DNA of 64,000 nt from Candidatus Krakonobacterium acarorum (GTDB taxonomy: Bacteria; Bacteroidota; Bacteroidia; SolTP2), in assembly GCA_050311575.1 (NCBI GenBank), contig JBNOKO010000001.1, positions 722,239 through 786,238 on the forward strand, written 5' to 3'. Below are positions 9,505 through 20,231 of the stretch, one piece after another (position 1 is the first letter of the stretch; each line of letters begins with the position of its first letter). The notes beneath the pieces were generated by a model. That model searched no databases. It was given only the letters and a program-made list of their open reading frames with translations, and was not told where the DNA came from. The translations under genes and the position numbers were made by a program.

Positions 9505-9906
9505 TTCAATATCTTTCCAAAATGATAATATTGCTTTTTACGCGTTCAACTTAGTTTTTGAATGTTATGTGAAGCTAAAAATACAGATTTTTGTATATAA
9601 GCTCAAAACAAACTGTTAGTTTAAATTCAAATTTAAGTTGATAAATGTATGTTTTGGCACATTTTTGGTCATATTTTTAATACTCAGCTAATTTGCTCTG
9701 AAAATTAATTTATTGTAGTAAAAACCCTTCCATAATGGGCATGTATTAAAAAAAGCAAAAAGGAAAATTGGTATAAATGAGGGTTTTTCAAATGCTTGTC
9801 CTTCGTCTGGAGAAGTTTATAGCGTAAAAAACTGCAAACTTTATCTTTAGAATAAACAATAAAAATAAAACTGAGAGAAATTGCAATAATTTTAATTGAT
9901 ATCTAG

Positions 9907-9978
9907 TAGCCCATAGGGGAGTCGAACCCCTCTTTCAAGAATGAAAATCTTGCGTCCTAACCGATAGACGAATGGGCC
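9907..9978 (-). tRNA. tRNA-Glu (anticodon TTC)
   Basis: Reverse complement reads GGCCCATTCGTCTATCGGTTAGGACGCAAGATTTTCATTCTTGAAAGAGGGGTTCGACTCCCCTATGGGCTA. Acceptor stem pairs; anticodon stem CAAGA/TCTTG with loop TTTTCAT gives anticodon UUC; T-loop GGTTCGACTCC. Confidence 0.9.
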
Positions 9979-9989
9979 GAAGAAATTAG

Positions 9990-10061
<72 letters not shown>

Positions 10062-10157
10062 ATATTAACAATAAAAACAAATATATTTATATTAAAAAAC
10101 ATAAGCAAGTTTTCAAAACGATAAAAACATAAGTATTACAATAAAAAAAGACTAATT

Positions 10158-11039
10158 ATGCATAAATCAGCATTTATTAATATTATAGGGCTACCTAACG
10201 TAGGAAAATCAACATTATTAAACGAAATAATTGGAGAAAAAATTTCTATTGTAACACATAAAGCTCAAACAACACGTCATAATATTTTGGGTATACTTAA
10301 TGGAGACGACTATCAACTTATATTTTGTGATACACCTGGAATCATAGATCCTAAATATGCTTTGCAGGGAGCTATGATGAAAGCTGTAAAACAATCCATG
10401 GAGGCAGCTGACATAGTTCTCGCAATAGCTTCTCTAGATCCTAAGGAGTACAAAAAAAGTACAAATTTTATTCTTGAGTACTGTAAAAATATTAGCCAAC
10501 CATTAGCTATAGTTTTTAATAAAGTAGATACATCAACGGAAGATATAGTTCAAGAGAGTACTCAGCTTATTAGCAGTAATATTAATTATCAGCGTTTATT
10601 TGTTATATCTGCTTTGCATAAATATAATATTAATTGTTTGATTGAATTTGCTTTAGAGAATAGCCCAAGCCATCCACCATACTACGAAAAAGATATGTAT
10701 ACAGATAAAGACTTACGATTTATAGCTGCAGAAAAAATTAGAGAGCAAATACTACTGCATTTTAAGCAGGAAATACCTTACTCTGTAGAAGTAATTATAG
10801 ATGAATACAAAGAGAAAGAAGATATAGACCATATATCTGCAAAAATTATAGTTGAACGAGAATCTCAAAGAGCAATTATAATAGGTAAAGGTGGTAATGT
10901 CTTAAAAAAAATAGGAACAAATGCTAGAAAAAATATACAAAACTTTAGCAAAAAGAAGGTATTTTTAGAAATATTTGTAAAAGTGATGCCTAATTGGAGA
11001 AATAATAAGAACTTTATACACTCAAGAAATTACGAATAA
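10158..11039 (+). CDS. era: GTPase Era
   Basis: G1 P-loop GLPNVGKST, DTPG, NKVD and a C-terminal KH domain (IIIGKGG). Confidence 0.9.
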   Translation: MHKSAFINIIGLPNVGKSTLLNEIIGEKISIVTHKAQTTRHNILGILNGDDYQLIFCDTPGIIDPKYALQGAMMKAVKQSMEAADIVLAIASLDPKEYKKSTNFILEYCKNISQPLAIVFNKVDTSTEDIVQESTQLISSNINYQRLFVISALHKYNINCLIEFALENSPSHPPYYEKDMYTDKDLRFIAAEKIREQILLHFKQEIPYSVEVIIDEYKEKEDIDHISAKIIVERESQRAIIIGKGGNVLKKIGTNARKNIQNFSKKKVFLEIFVKVMPNWRNNKNFIHSRNYE

Positions 11040-11045
11040 ATAATT

Positions 11046-12410
11046 ATGAAAAATACGGTAGCAATAGTAGGGAGACCCAATGTTGGAAAATCCACATTGT
11101 TTAATAGGTTAACCAGCAGTCAGAACGCAATAGTATATAATCAGCCTGGTATAACACGCGATAGACAGTACGGGATATCTGATTGGCAAGGCAAAGAATT
11201 TAATATTATAGATACTGGTGGATATCAGCCAGCTAATGACGATATCTTTATAGCATCGATAGCCAGACAGGTTGAAGTAGCTATAAAAGAAGCAAATGTT
11301 ATAATATTTCTTGTTGACGTATATACAGGCATAACTGATACAGATTTGATAATATCTAGAATTTTAAGAAAAAGTAATAAGAAAGTTTTTGTGGTTGCTA
11401 ATAAGGTTGATAATGCCAACCAAATCAATCAATCATCTGAATTTTATAAACTAGGGTTAAGCAACGAAATTTTTGAAATATCAGCTACAAGTGGTTCTGG
11501 TACGGGAGATCTTTTAGATGCTATAGTGCAAGATTTTGACACCAGTGACCAGGAAGCTGAGTTAGAAATAGATTCGGAAATAAACGATTCGGATCCGGAG
11601 CCAGAAGATTTACAGATTCATTATCCTCCTAAAATAGCCATAGTTGGTAGGCCTAACGTAGGTAAGTCAACATTATTGAATACTTTTATCAGTGACGAAC
11701 GTGTTATGGTATCTGATATAGCTGGCACAACTCGTGATACGATAGAGGTGCCATTTACAAAATTTGGGTACGATATAATATTACTAGATACAGCTGGATT
11801 AAGGCGTAAAACAAAAGTACATGAGGACATAGAATTTTATTCTACTTTAAGATCGATTAGGGCTATACAAAAAGCAGATGTATGCTTTCTTGTTATAGAT
11901 TCGATAGAGGGGTTAAAAGCTCAAGATCTAAAAATTTTCAGTTTAATATATAAGCATAACAAGGGCTTAGCTATTGTAGTTAATAAATGGGATTTGGCTA
12001 TAGAATATAATCTTAGTAAAAATCAAATGAAACAGGAGATATTAGATAAAATAGCTCCTTTTACTGATGTCCCTATAATATTTGTATCTGCATTAAAAAA
12101 GGAAAAACTGTTAAAAGCTCTAGATACAGTTATTGATATTAGTAAAAATAAAGTTAGGCGTATACCAACCTCTAAGCTTAATGAGATAATGCTTGATATA
12201 ATAGAATGTTTTCCTCCTCCACAAATTAGAGGTGCATCTATCAAAATAAAATATGTAACCCAAATAAAGGGGGCTATACCGACTTTTTTATTTTTTGCTA
12301 ATAAACCTAAACACATTAAGGAAAATTACAAACGCTTTTTAGAGAATAAACTTAGAGAACATTTTAATTTTCATGGGGTACCTATTCGTCTATATTTTAG
12401 GGAAAAATAG
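11046..12410 (+). CDS. der: ribosome-associated GTPase Der (EngA), tandem GTPase domains
   Basis: Two P-loops (GRPNVGKST twice), DTGG/DTAG and NKVD/NKWD motifs, and a C-terminal KH-like domain. Immediately downstream of era. Confidence 0.9.
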   Translation: MKNTVAIVGRPNVGKSTLFNRLTSSQNAIVYNQPGITRDRQYGISDWQGKEFNIIDTGGYQPANDDIFIASIARQVEVAIKEANVIIFLVDVYTGITDTDLIISRILRKSNKKVFVVANKVDNANQINQSSEFYKLGLSNEIFEISATSGSGTGDLLDAIVQDFDTSDQEAELEIDSEINDSDPEPEDLQIHYPPKIAIVGRPNVGKSTLLNTFISDERVMVSDIAGTTRDTIEVPFTKFGYDIILLDTAGLRRKTKVHEDIEFYSTLRSIRAIQKADVCFLVIDSIEGLKAQDLKIFSLIYKHNKGLAIVVNKWDLAIEYNLSKNQMKQEILDKIAPFTDVPIIFVSALKKEKLLKALDTVIDISKNKVRRIPTSKLNEIMLDIIECFPPPQIRGASIKIKYVTQIKGAIPTFLFFANKPKHIKENYKRFLENKLREHFNFHGVPIRLYFREK

Positions 12411-12500
12411 CTAATTGTTATATATCTTTCAATTATTACTTTAAAGTATTTGAACCAATAAATAGGTTGAACATTATAGGATTATTTTTGTCTTATATTT

Positions 12501-13409
12501 TTAGTGTATATGACCAGGGTAGTTTCCTTTAGTGATTAAAGACATTATTTGTTTTTTTAATAAAGCTTTGTCCTCTTTATAGGTTACACCATACCATTGA
12601 TCTGGAGTACAGTTAACCTGGACATTTATTAGTTTGTTTTGTAACAATTCATTAATTGTTTGAGGAATATAAAATTCATCTTTTTGTAGATCAGTATTTT
12701 TGTTATCTAAAAATTGTTTTAGCGAATTTTCAAATAAAGGGAAGATAGTAGGATTAAATCCCCATAGGTTCATAGAAACTATTGCGTTATTATCAATCGT
12801 TTCTTCTGTGTTGTTTCTTAGGTCTTTGGATGTTATTGTATTATTTATACGTTTTATATCTAATTTTTCTTCAATTTTAATCAAATTATTATCTTCATCT
12901 ACTTGGCAAAGTCCTCTTGATACGCTGCCGTTATCAGATAGGGTATTTTCTATATTATACCCTATCATAAAATATTTAGAAGTAGAATTATCCGAATTTA
13001 TAATATTATTATAAATTATTTTATAGGAATCTAATCCATAAAAATCATCAGCATTAATTATGCAAAATGGGTTGTTTACAATACCATCAAGCAAAGTTAT
13101 TATATGTCCCGTACCCCATGGCTTTTCTCTATCAAATGGTTTTATGCCGAAATTAGTAGTATTCAGGGGACCTTGCTCTATACATCTAAAGGTTACATGG
13201 CTAAAAGTTTTTTTTGATTGCAATTTTGAAAGATGGTCTTTAATGTTTTTGTTAACTATTAGTACTATATCATTAAATCCAGCTTTTATTGCATCATAAA
13301 TAGAGTACTCGAGTAAAAATTCATTGTTTGGGCCAATGCCGTCTATTTGTTTGAAAGAACCATATCTACTGCCTATTCCTGCAGCCATTACTACTAAACT
13401 ATATGTCAT
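12501..13409 (-). CDS. nucleotidyltransferase family protein (sugar-phosphate nucleotidyltransferase-like)
   Basis: N-terminal LVVMAAGIGSRYG matches the GxGxR(L) signature of NTP-transferase folds. The substrate cannot be assigned. Confidence 0.5.
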   Translation of the reverse strand: MTYSLVVMAAGIGSRYGSFKQIDGIGPNNEFLLEYSIYDAIKAGFNDIVLIVNKNIKDHLSKLQSKKTFSHVTFRCIEQGPLNTTNFGIKPFDREKPWGTGHIITLLDGIVNNPFCIINADDFYGLDSYKIIYNNIINSDNSTSKYFMIGYNIENTLSDNGSVSRGLCQVDEDNNLIKIEEKLDIKRINNTITSKDLRNNTEETIDNNAIVSMNLWGFNPTIFPLFENSLKQFLDNKNTDLQKDEFYIPQTINELLQNKLINVQVNCTPDQWYGVTYKEDKALLKKQIMSLITKGNYPGHIH

Positions 13410-14386
13410 TTGGTTATATTAGTGTGTTGTTTGCAAAATCCTATAGGATTTGAGCTATTGTTTTTAATGTAATTATAGTGGTGTATGCTAAACTTTGCTT
13501 TCTCAGTTTTTTTAAATAGAATATTCCATGATCCATCATAAATAATTTTATTTGGCAGGTATAAATTATTTATGATAGTTGTTTCAATATTCATATTAAT
13601 GTCGAAATCAAAAAGAAAGTTTTTGTATTTTAAGTGTATGAATCTAGATAAAATTTTTGAATTTTGTTTGTCTATTATAGTATTTAATCGCTGAATAATT
13701 AAAGAATTATCTTTTGCATATTCCGGGCGTATGTAATATTCAAATTTGTAGGCTTCCTGGTTGTTGTAATAAATTTTGGTAATCTTAGATTGATATAATC
13801 GCTTTAGCTTAGGTTTAAAGATTTCTGATTTACTACTTATAAAAGGTATATCTGTTATCTGTTTGCCAGGATTAAAAATGAGAATTTTTAGCTTTGCTTT
13901 GTATAGTTCTTTATTAAAGATATTTTTTTTGTTATTTGGTATATGAGCAGTAAAGTCGGTGCTGTGAATGTTTTCAAACATATAGTTGAACATCTGTACT
14001 GTAAATAATCTATACTTACCGTTATTTTTATAGACTTTTCCACTATCTAAACTATCTAAAATTATTTGTGCGTAGTTATTATTAGAATTACAGTGAGCAA
14101 TTTTTTTATATATATGCCCTTCTATATTTTGTTTGTCAAAAGTAAATATTTCGTTCTCGGCGATAAAACTAAAAGCTTTCATATTTGTGAAGCTTTCGTA
14201 TAAAGATTTATCATTTAGTATTAAATCAATAAAAAAATTCTCGTCTATAGCTTTAGATGTTATAGTTATAGCTTCTAAATCATGATTTTTTTGTGCATCG
14301 CTGTTTAAAGGTTGAGCATAAACTGCAGATTGAATTAAATAGCATAAAATTAGAAGAGCAACTATATATTTTGTGTATAAGTACAT
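13406..14386 (-). CDS. hypothetical secreted Asn/Lys/Ile-rich protein
   Basis: Signal peptide (IVALLILCYLIQSAVYAQ). Overlaps the downstream nucleotidyltransferase gene by 4 bp (ATGA), implying co-transcription. Confidence 0.5.
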   Translation of the reverse strand: MYLYTKYIVALLILCYLIQSAVYAQPLNSDAQKNHDLEAITITSKAIDENFFIDLILNDKSLYESFTNMKAFSFIAENEIFTFDKQNIEGHIYKKIAHCNSNNNYAQIILDSLDSGKVYKNNGKYRLFTVQMFNYMFENIHSTDFTAHIPNNKKNIFNKELYKAKLKILIFNPGKQITDIPFISSKSEIFKPKLKRLYQSKITKIYYNNQEAYKFEYYIRPEYAKDNSLIIQRLNTIIDKQNSKILSRFIHLKYKNFLFDFDINMNIETTIINNLYLPNKIIYDGSWNILFKKTEKAKFSIHHYNYIKNNSSNPIGFCKQHTNITK

Positions 14387-14472
14387 AATATTATCTAAGG
14401 TTATTAAAGGATAAAATACTTAACTTTGCATTAAAGTTCAAATCCGTTTTAATAATTAAATAATAAAATATT

Positions 14473-14898
14473 ATGATGCAAGCTATATATTCAGAAATGC
14501 AGATTAAACCTTTGCGTGATGAGTTAACAAATGCAGGCTTCTCACAAATTACCGAAGTGGATGCAGTTGAAGAAACTATAAATACAAAAGGTTTTGTTAT
14601 ATATGTAATCAATTCTGTTTGTTGCTGTGCAGCTAATAATGCTAGACCAGCTGCTGTACAAGCCCTTGATATGGCAAAAACTAAAGGTTTAGATGTTAAA
14701 GGTATAACATCTTTTGCAGGTGTTGATATTCAGGCAGTCAATAAATTTCGTGAATTAACTAGTGATTATCAACCCTCTTCCCCATGTATAGGGCTATTTA
14801 AAGATGGTAGATTACTTACTGTAGTTGAACGCAAGAACATAGAAAAAAGCACCGTTCCTGAAGTTTTATCAAGAATAACTCCATTTTTTGATAAATAA
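14473..14898 (+). CDS. bacilliredoxin-like thiol-disulfide oxidoreductase (BrxA/BrxB, DUF1094 family)
   Basis: ~140 aa with the redox motif region VINSVCCCAANNARP, read as a CxC motif whose middle residue is Cys. Confidence 0.55.
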   Translation: MMQAIYSEMQIKPLRDELTNAGFSQITEVDAVEETINTKGFVIYVINSVCCCAANNARPAAVQALDMAKTKGLDVKGITSFAGVDIQAVNKFRELTSDYQPSSPCIGLFKDGRLLTVVERKNIEKSTVPEVLSRITPFFDK

Positions 14899-14919
14899 TT
14901 AAGGGTATAGAGTACTTGT

Positions 14920-15570
14920 ATGTCTGAAGAATTATCCAGGAAAGAGCTTTATATACAGATAATAAATCTTTTTTCTTCTGTTAATTCTTCAGCTAAAACA
15001 GAGCTAATTTATAAAACTCCTTTTGAGTTATTAATAGCAGTAATTTTATCTGCACAATGTACAGATAAAAGGGTTAACATAGTAACTAAAGAATTATTTA
15101 AAAAATTTCCAGAACCAAAGGATTTAGCCAACGCACATTTTGACGAAATTTTTACGTTAATACGGTCCATAAATTATCCGAACAGTAAAACAAAATATCT
15201 GATAAAAGCTTCTTGTTTAATTGTAGATAACTACAATTCTATAGTACCGTCTAATTATTATGATTTAATAGCGCTTCCGGGCGTTGGCAGGAAAACAGCA
15301 AATGTGCTATTAGCCGAATTATTTAACCAGGATGTTATTGCTGTTGATACTCATGTTTTCAGGGTTTCTCAGCGCATTGGTTTAGTAACAAACGCTAAAA
15401 ATGTACTTGATGCTGAAAAGCAGCTTACTAAATATATACCTGTGGGAAGCCGATCTATAGTGCACCATTATCTTATTTTGCATGGAAGATATGTTTGTAA
15501 AGCAAGGCGCCCTGATTGTAAAAATTGTGTAATAAAAAACATATGTAGGTTTGGTGAAAAATCGATATAA
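14920..15570 (+). CDS. nth: endonuclease III (DNA glycosylase/AP lyase)
   Basis: HhH-GPD motif LPGVGRKTANVL and a C-terminal 4Fe-4S cluster CKARRPDCKNCVIKNIC. Confidence 0.9.
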   Translation: MSEELSRKELYIQIINLFSSVNSSAKTELIYKTPFELLIAVILSAQCTDKRVNIVTKELFKKFPEPKDLANAHFDEIFTLIRSINYPNSKTKYLIKASCLIVDNYNSIVPSNYYDLIALPGVGRKTANVLLAELFNQDVIAVDTHVFRVSQRIGLVTNAKNVLDAEKQLTKYIPVGSRSIVHHYLILHGRYVCKARRPDCKNCVIKNICRFGEKSI

Positions 15571-15603
15571 ATAATTAACTTAAATACGAAAAATATAACA
15601 GCA

Positions 15604-16644
15604 ATGGAAAATAAGGAAGAAAAATTGAAAGTATTAGAGGCTACTTTAAGTAAGTTGGACAAATTATATGGTAAAGGAACCGTTATGAAACTAGGCGATA
15701 AAGCTGTATTAGATCAAATTGAAGTGATTTCTACAGGTTCTATAAGCCTGGACATAGCTCTTGGTGTAGGAGGGCTACCTAAAGGGAGAATAATAGAAAT
15801 ATATGGTCCGGAATCTTCGGGGAAAACAACTCTTGCTATACACGCTATTGCTGAAGCACAGAAGCTTGGAGGTTTAGCCGCTTTTATAGACGCTGAACAT
15901 GCATTTGATAAAATTTATGCTCGTAAATTGGGCGTAGATGTAGATAACTTATTAATTGCTCAGCCTGATAACGGCGAGCAGGCTTTGGAGATTGCTGATA
16001 GCTTAATAAGATCTTCAGCATTAGATATTATAGTTATAGATTCTGTTGCAGCTTTAACGCCAAAAGGTGAAATAGAAGGCGAGATGGGTGAATCTAAGAT
16101 GGGTTTGCAAGCTAGATTAATGTCACAGGCACTCCGTAAACTAACTGGTACTATAAATAAGACAGGTTGCTGTTGTATATTTATAAATCAGTTGAGAGAT
16201 AAAATAGGTGTTCTGTATGGTAATCCGGAAACTACAACCGGAGGGAATGCTTTAAAATATTATGCTTCTGTTAGACTAGATATTAGAAAGGCTGGCACTC
16301 CTATAAAAGATGGAGATACAGTTTTAGGTGTACCAACAAAGGTTAAAGTTGTAAAAAATAAAGTTGCCCCTCCATTTAGAGTTGCCCAGTTTGATATTAT
16401 TTATGGACAAGGGATTTCTAAAACTAGCGAAATTTTAGACTTGGGAGTTAACTTAGATATAGTTAAAAAATCCGGATCTTGGTTTAGTTATAACGATATA
16501 AAATTAGGTCAGGGTAAAGACGCGGTTAAAGCATTCTTGTCAGATAACATAGAGCTTCTTAATGAAATAGAAGCCCGGGTTAAACAGAATGCAACAGGCG
16601 ATATGTTAGAGCAGGTTATCTCAGATAGTTCCGATTTTTCTTAA
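15604..16644 (+). CDS. recA: recombinase RecA
   Basis: Walker [10 protein letters not shown], and the [36 protein letters not shown] block. Confidence 0.95.
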   Translation: MENKEEKLKVLEATLSKLDKLYGKGTVMKLGDKAVLDQIEVISTGSISLDIALGVGGLPKGRIIEIYGPESSGKTTLAIHAIAEAQKLGGLAAFIDAEHAFDKIYARKLGVDVDNLLIAQPDNGEQALEIADSLIRSSALDIIVIDSVAALTPKGEIEGEMGESKMGLQARLMSQALRKLTGTINKTGCCCIFINQLRDKIGVLYGNPETTTGGNALKYYASVRLDIRKAGTPIKDGDTVLGVPTKVKVVKNKVAPPFRVAQFDIIYGQGISKTSEILDLGVNLDIVKKSGSWFSYNDIKLGQGKDAVKAFLSDNIELLNEIEARVKQNATGDMLEQVISDSSDFS

Positions 16645-17917
16645 ATAAAATAAACATAAGGGCAGAAGCTCCTAATAAAAAAGTGTAGAATTGGTATTTC
16701 ATAATCTCAATAGGTGAGATTATGAAGCCAGTTAAAGCTACTGCAGTTAGTATTTGTGCTCCATATGGTATTAGGCCTTGTGCAAAACACGAAAATGTAT
16801 CTAATAAGCTGGCTGATCTAGCTGCGCTAATATTAAATTTATTTGAAATATGTTTAACTATATCGCCGGTTAGAAGTATTGCTATAGTATTATTTGCTGT
16901 GCATATGTCTACGATTATTACCAGAGCGGCTATACCTAATTCTGCTGTTTTTGAGCCTTTAACGTATTTTGAGATAAATTGTATTAGAAATATAATTCCT
17001 CCATTTAGCTTTATTAACTGCATAACCCCTCCTATTATCATGCAAAGTACGCTTAGTAAAGCCATGTTTTCAAAGCCTTTAGAAATGCTTTGCATAGCTG
17101 ACCATATAGTTAGGTCGTTTGTAAGTATACCCATAGTAACGGCGATACAACATCCCAGTGAAAGAACTATGATAACATTAACACCTGCTATAGCAGTCAT
17201 TAATACTATTAGGTATGGTATAGCTTTAATCCATGGTATTGTTTTAATGTCTATTGTTTGTTGGCTATAACTTATATCGCTGGAAATAAAAATATATATT
17301 AGAATAGTAACTATAGCTGCAGGTAATGCAATTAAAATATTTGCTTTGAATTTATCACTGAGTTTACTGTTTTGCGTTCTACTAGCAACTATTGTTGTAT
17401 CTGATATCATTGATAGGTTATCTCCAAACATAGATCCACTTATTACAGCTCCTAATATCATAGCTAAAGAAATATTTGCTTCACTTGATAAGGCTATAGC
17501 AATAGGAGTTAGTACGTTTATAGTCCCTACTGAAGTGCCTATTGATAGCGATACACAGCAAGCAATCATAAATAGACTAACTATAAACAAAGATTTTGGA
17601 AGCGTAGCCAGACCTAAATCGACTACTACTTTTATAGCGCCAATATCTTTGCATAATTGACTAAATGCACCAGCAAGTATAAATATAAGGCACATAAGCA
17701 TTATATTGGGATGGCCCATGCCTTTGGTAAAATTTTTAATTCTTTCGTTAACAGAAGAATTTTTATTCATAACAACTGCAAAAAATGCAGCTACTAGAAA
17801 GGCCACGTGAACCGGAATTTTATAGAAATCTCCAATTATAATGGATCCTCCTAAATAAACGATTATAAAGATTATTAATGGTAGTAAGGACCAAAAATCG
17901 GGCTTCTTGTTATCCAT
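16616..17917 (-). CDS. Na+/H+ antiporter, NhaC-like polytopic membrane transporter
   Basis: 433 aa with ~11-12 TM helices and Gly-rich re-entrant segments. The family assignment is tentative. Its 3' end overlaps recA convergently by 29 bp. Confidence 0.5.
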   Translation of the reverse strand: MDNKKPDFWSLLPLIIFIIVYLGGSIIIGDFYKIPVHVAFLVAAFFAVVMNKNSSVNERIKNFTKGMGHPNIMLMCLIFILAGAFSQLCKDIGAIKVVVDLGLATLPKSLFIVSLFMIACCVSLSIGTSVGTINVLTPIAIALSSEANISLAMILGAVISGSMFGDNLSMISDTTIVASRTQNSKLSDKFKANILIALPAAIVTILIYIFISSDISYSQQTIDIKTIPWIKAIPYLIVLMTAIAGVNVIIVLSLGCCIAVTMGILTNDLTIWSAMQSISKGFENMALLSVLCMIIGGVMQLIKLNGGIIFLIQFISKYVKGSKTAELGIAALVIIVDICTANNTIAILLTGDIVKHISNKFNISAARSASLLDTFSCFAQGLIPYGAQILTAVALTGFIISPIEIMKYQFYTFLLGASALMFILFKKNRNYLR

Positions 17918-17950
17918 ATAGGTTAAAATATAAAGCTTTGTAAAATTTTA

Positions 17951-18499
17951 TTAATTGAGCCATTTTAATACAGCTAAATCTATGTTGTCTAATTCTTTGA
18001 GTTTTACATCTATATATTCTTCTTTAACTGTCGATAATTCTAAACCAAAAAAATCTACGTTAATCGGAAATAATTTATGACTCCTATTTATTAATACCGC
18101 TGTTCGTATTTTATACACGTTAATAGGAAATAGATTGTATAAAGCTTTCAGCATGCTTTTACCAGTGTTTAAAAGGTCATCTATTAATACTACAGATTTA
18201 TTTTCAAGATGGTTAAATGCCTGTTTGAAGTCGCTACCAGATAAATTTATTGATATTACGCTCGCTTGTATATTAGAACTATTGTTTATTTTTTTGCAAA
18301 TGCGATCGGCTATTACTTTGCCTTTTGTTTGTAATCCTCCAAGGATGATTTCCGTTTGGTCAAAATTATCTTCAATAATTTCATAAGATATTCGGTCTAA
18401 TTTCCGGTTTATTTGGGACGAATTTAGGATTACGGTTTCACTCATTTTTGATGTTGTATAGTTTGTATCTATAAAATAGCTATATAATACTAATTTCAA
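17951..18499 (-). CDS. type I phosphoribosyltransferase (hypoxanthine/guanine PRT-like)
   Basis: PRPP-binding motif VVLIDDLLNTGKSM. The likely true start is the internal Met (MSETVIL). Confidence 0.5.
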   Translation of the reverse strand: MKLVLYSYFIDTNYTTSKMSETVILNSSQINRKLDRISYEIIEDNFDQTEIILGGLQTKGKVIADRICKKINNSSNIQASVISINLSGSDFKQAFNHLENKSVVLIDDLLNTGKSMLKALYNLFPINVYKIRTAVLINRSHKLFPINVDFFGLELSTVKEEYIDVKLKELDNIDLAVLKWLN

Positions 18500-18774
18500 A
18501 ATTACTAAAGAATTATAGTAAAAACAGCTACTTTTTGATTATTAAATACTGTATTAATTTTAGATTAACACTTAATTATTAAAATTTAATGTGATGTATA
18601 TAAAATCTAATAAAAATTAGCTTTTATATCGATTAATGATGGTATTAAGAGCAAAAATCTTTAACTTAGCCCAATTTATAATTTTTAACCTATGGTTTTA
18701 ACCTGACTAACAGGTGGCTATACAATTATTTTTTAGTTATGTAGTTATCGTTAGTTACAAATCATTCAAAGCGT

Positions 18775-20196
18775 ATGCAGGAAATTAATACTATGTCTGT
18801 AAGCGATGCGACAACCTCGCAATCACATTTAAAAAGAACACTTAATAGTTCAAATTTAGTAATGATGGGGATAGGCTGTATAGTAGGTGCAGGTTTATTT
18901 TCACTAGTAGGCGTAGTTGCAGCAGAATCAACTGGCCCGGCAATTATAATATCTTTTGCACTTGCTGCAGTAGCGTGCTTCTTTTCAGCACTTTGCTATG
19001 CGGAATTTTCGGCAATGGTACCGTTAGCAGGAAGTGCTTATTCATATACAAAATATACTATGAGCGAGTTTCTCGCATTTATAATAGGGTGGGATTTGGT
19101 GCTCGAATATGCTCTAGGGGCAGCTACAGTAGCAGTAAGTTGGTCTCAATATTTAGTTCGATTTTTACAAAGTTTTGGGTTATACTTACCGCCTAAGTTA
19201 ATAATGTCTCCATTTGAGACAGTAACTTTGGCTGATGGAACAATAGTGAGAGGTTATTTTAATTGTCCTGCTGCTATTATCATTATAGGTATAACTTTGT
19301 TATTAGTTAGAGGAATAACTCTTACAAGTTTTGTAAATAATATACTGGTTACTATAAAATTTTTAGTGATATTTATCTTTATAGCTATAGGTTTTTTCTA
19401 TATTAATCCGATTAACCATGTTCCTTTTATTCCTGAAAATACGGGTGTATTTGGAGAATATGGATGGTCAGGTATATTTAGAGGTGCAGCTGTGCTGTTT
19501 TTTGCTTTCTTAGGTTTCGATGCACTATCGACTACAGCTCAGGAAGTAAAAAATCCTCAAAAAGCTTTACCGAGAGCTATAATGTTAGCACTTCTTATAT
19601 GTACTGTAATATATGTAGTGTTTTCATGGATATTAACTGGTATGGCTAATTATAAAGAATTTTCAGGTAATGCTGCTCCAATAAGCGTAGCGATAATGAA
19701 AACCCCGTTTTTATGGTTACAAAGTGGGGTGACAATAGCTATACTAGTTGGTTTTATGTCTGTAATAATAGTACAATTAATGGCTCAAACCAGAGTGTTT
19801 TATGCAATGTCAGAAGATAAATTATTGCCTAAAACGTTTAGTGACATACATCCTAAATACCAAACCCCTTATAAGAGTCATATGGTATTTGCATTGGCAG
19901 TTACTTTGCTGGCAGGGTTTGTTCCTGTTGCAGAGCTTGGACATATGGTAAGTATAGGAACATTGTTATCATTTGTGATAGTGTCAATTAGTGTAATTAT
20001 ATTGCGTAAAACTAAACCAGACTTAAAACGTCCCTTTAAGGTTCCTTTAGTTCCTCTTATACCAATTTTAGGAACTTTAATATGTATAGCTTTAATGTTA
20101 GCCTTGCCTTACCAAACATGGTTAAGATTAATTATATGGATGATTATAGGTTTAATTATTTATGTATCGTATAGTAGGCGTGCAAAAAAAAAGTAA
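18775..20196 (+). CDS. amino acid permease (APC family)
   Basis: 12-TM topology. Blocks MMGIGCIVGAGLFSLVG and FAFLGFDALSTTAQEVKNP are typical of APC transporters. Confidence 0.8.
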   Translation: MQEINTMSVSDATTSQSHLKRTLNSSNLVMMGIGCIVGAGLFSLVGVVAAESTGPAIIISFALAAVACFFSALCYAEFSAMVPLAGSAYSYTKYTMSEFLAFIIGWDLVLEYALGAATVAVSWSQYLVRFLQSFGLYLPPKLIMSPFETVTLADGTIVRGYFNCPAAIIIIGITLLLVRGITLTSFVNNILVTIKFLVIFIFIAIGFFYINPINHVPFIPENTGVFGEYGWSGIFRGAAVLFFAFLGFDALSTTAQEVKNPQKALPRAIMLALLICTVIYVVFSWILTGMANYKEFSGNAAPISVAIMKTPFLWLQSGVTIAILVGFMSVIIVQLMAQTRVFYAMSEDKLLPKTFSDIHPKYQTPYKSHMVFALAVTLLAGFVPVAELGHMVSIGTLLSFVIVSISVIILRKTKPDLKRPFKVPLVPLIPILGTLICIALMLALPYQTWLRLIIWMIIGLIIYVSYSRRAKKK

Positions 20197-20231
20197 CGTC
20201 TAAAAATAATTAGAATGTCTTTCTTAATTTA

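Noticed and set aside
8667-9906. tmRNA or RNase P RNA hidden in the ORF-free region next to the tRNAs
   Set aside because: I searched by eye for the tRNA-like 3' end (GGTTCGA..TCCACCA) and for the P4 strand GGAAAGTCCGGGC on both strands and found neither. This remains unresolved without a covariance-model scan.
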